DNA of 64,000 nucleotides from NCBI GenBank assembly GCA_013239625.1, contig MU054527.1:310001-374000 (forward strand), read 5' to 3'. The DNA is from Lama guanicoe (Eukaryota). Below the pieces are notes generated by a model. The model was not told the DNA's origin. It did not search any database and saw only the letters and a list, made by a program, of their open reading frames with translations. The position numbers and the translations under genes were made by a program. Each line of letters begins with the position of its first letter. Position 1 is the first letter of the stretch. This document shows positions 61,606-64,000 of the stretch, piece after piece.

Positions 61606-63384
61606 GAAGACAGGAGACTCTTTCTAAAAGCACGTGCTCCTTGGCAGGTTAGTGTCTCTCTTCACCGCCGCTCCTGCGTGCTGTTTCGTTCAAATGTTCC
61701 ATCAGGAGACATTTCTCACTCCAGATAAAAATACTAGCCTTCTTAGCCCTAAAGTTATCTTTCTTTCAGAGTGATTTTGCCTCTAAGCAAACCTAAGCGC
61801 ATCTAAGCAGTGGCTTTGAAAGTCCACACGGCGCTGGAAGGCTTTGCCACAGTGTGTGCGTTCACTGCTGCAATCAGTAAGTTCCAAGTGACCATCTCTG
61901 ATCACCTCAACTCCATCCCTGGTCTTGATGTCATTTCTGGACGCACTGCCAACATTTCTCTTTGCAAAAGAGAATCCCTGGCAGTAGGGCTGGAAACAAG
62001 TCTAAGGTCTGAAACGGAGTTCACTCTCTGAAATTGAAAACTGAAGAAAGAAATTCTGTGACTTGGCCAAGGACCCCGCGTCCATCCGTGTTTGATCTGT
62101 ACGGGAATCAGAGCCTTCGGCTACCCCAAGTCTTTAATGATGTGGCTCTGTATCGGCGGGAGGCGGCCAGGAAGCCAAATTCGTGATTTAACACATCATT
62201 TTCTTTGAAAAAGATTTAAATACCTTTGGCCAGATGCGCGGATAAAAAGCTCGAGAGTCAGTTCATTAAGCTGAGCCTGGGATATGTCAGATGCATAATA
62301 AATCTTTCAAGGTCAGGAGGGATTTTGGTTTTGGATCTAGACCTCATTTTGCCTGTCTTGCCATTGAATTAATTTTGAATCCCAAGCTGCGTTTTGTGGC
62401 TCTTATTCCAGAGGCATCTCCCCGCTGCCAAGTCCAGCTCCGGGGCGGGCACCTCTGCAGGGGAGCCCGGAACACGCAGAGCTGTGCCGAGGAGGACCTT
62501 GACCTGGCTGTCCCCACCACGGCTGTGCCTCAGCCTCCCTTTGCCGCAGTGTCAGTTTTCATTACTTTGACATTTCTCGTGTTTTGATGTGTGATAGGAA
62601 ATGGTAGCCTTTGGCAATAGATGGGGAAATGAGGCTTCACAGGGACATGGGACGCCTGCCGAAGGAGAAGTATGGAGAATGGATGTGACAAGGTTGTTCA
62701 GCTTGCTTTCTTAAGGGGTTTCGGCCACCGGTTTCCACTCCGGCTTGTGGATTATAGAGGTAGCTGTGTGTCCCTTTGTGAATTCGTCACGGGTGCTTTT
62801 GTCATCAGGTGTAACGCGGGGAGGGGCTGCCTGGTAGGGAGAGGAGAATAACCAGTCGCCTAGGAAAGCTCCACGAACATTAATTTCCATTTCAGTGGCT
62901 CGGATCTCAGATGCATAATGGTGACCTTTTGCTTCCATATTGCTATCGCTGACTCTCTTGTCACAGGTTTTATTTTGTTATTGTTTAGTGAGAGCGTTTA
63001 TACCGTAATTCAATTTAAAAACTCCTTTGGTCTTTTGTCTGTAGCAAAATAACCACAGCCATAAAAATGTTAAGACGACACTCCCTTCTTTTTCTTTTTT
63101 TTTTAAGATATTGTAATAAACACATTGAGCTGGAGCCCAGAGGGTTTTACTAGAAATTCCAGCACAAACTTCCAAAAGGGTACGTGAACCCAGGCATGAT
63201 CTGGGATAAGGTTAGCGTCTAACGGGGTCCAGCCTGCTGGCTGGGCTTCAGCAGGAGGCCGTTTTAGGCAGGTTGGCAATGTCAGCATGGTTCCAAATGA
63301 CGGGTCTGTTTGGTATCAGGATTCTGTTCTGCCAGTGACTGTGTGTGTGTGTGTGTGGTGTTTGCATGAAGTCTGTCTTCTGCC

Positions 63385-63932
63385 CCGTATTGCTGTGCTG
63401 TCACTGCATAAGAGATTGCCACAAACTTAAGGACTTAAAACAACATACATTTATTAACGTTTAGTTTCCATGGGTCAGGACTTCTGGACCCAAGTCATCT
63501 GGGTCTTTTGCTCAGGGTCTCATCAGGCTGAAGTCAATGCGCTGTCCGGAGCTACCGCATCCGAGGATTTTCGCTATTTCTAACCCGCATGCTTGTTGGT
63601 CAAGTTCAGTTCCCTGGGCTGTAGGACTGAGGCCCTCCGTTCCTAAAGGCCACACTCTCCAAGGGCAGCCCACAACATGGCGGCCTGGCTTTCTTCCTCA
63701 GGCCAGCGGGAGAACAGCTCTGATGCTTCACTCTCCTTTGCAGGTCACACCAATCCAGGATAGCCTCCTTCTTGATTAACTTAACTCCAAGTGATTAAGG
63801 CCTTAATCACGCCTGCAAAGTCTCTTCACACTCCATTGGCCAGAAGCATATGACAGGTTCTAACCAGCAATCAAGGTTGTGACACCAGGGGACAAAGATC
63901 GTGGGGGCAAGTGAGCAATTCTGCCTTATGAC
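63385..63932 (-). mobile_element. MLT1 (MLT1E-like) LTR, reverse orientation
   Basis: 'ccacaaacttaaggacttaaaacaacatacatttatt', 'ctgtaggactgaggccc' and 'ccttaatcacgcctgcaaagtc'. Confidence 0.75.
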
Positions 63933-64000
63933 GGTCACCACCACTCCCCCCGAACCACTGTCTCGGGGCCCTGGTTCCCCTCCTGATTGCCAAGTCCAGC

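Noticed and set aside
1-64000. Prokaryotic-type systems (CRISPR arrays, operons, IS elements, rRNA)
   Set aside because: The sequence is mammalian; no regularly spaced repeat-spacer array or gene-dense coding region is present.

Overview
Mammalian genomic DNA, most likely camelid, inferred from a tRNA-Ala-derived Vic-1-type SINE at about 41.67 kb and cetartiodactyl-type L1 3' ends. The window is repeat-rich (L1, L2, MIR, MLT/MER21/ERV1 LTRs, hAT elements) and has seven N blocks. No intact protein-coding gene can be supported. The one clearly recognisable gene is a minus-strand, intron-containing REG3 (REG3A/REG3G-type C-type lectin) pseudogene fragment at about 29.66-31.4 kb. Exons 1-4 are present, the exon-2 donor is dead (GT>GA), exon 4 has a 1-bp frameshift, and exons 5-6 were not found. 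Its STAT (GAS) and NF-kB-like promoter motifs are retained. It lies about 5 kb upstream of, and co-oriented with, a CpG island (about 24.7-25.2 kb) that looks like the first exon of an unidentified minus-strand gene; a well-formed 61-nt candidate exon lies at 3723-3783. Other structure includes a near-identical 756-bp tandem duplication, a perfect 71-bp duplication, a diverged ~230-bp duplicate pair with strongly asymmetric GC content, three CTCF-type sites, two 5'-inverted (twin-primed) L1s, a likely L1 3' transduction, and patchy AT>GC skew in old repeats suggestive of GC-biased gene conversion. Repeat family names come from recalled consensus sequences, not a database search, and repeat boundaries are approximate.
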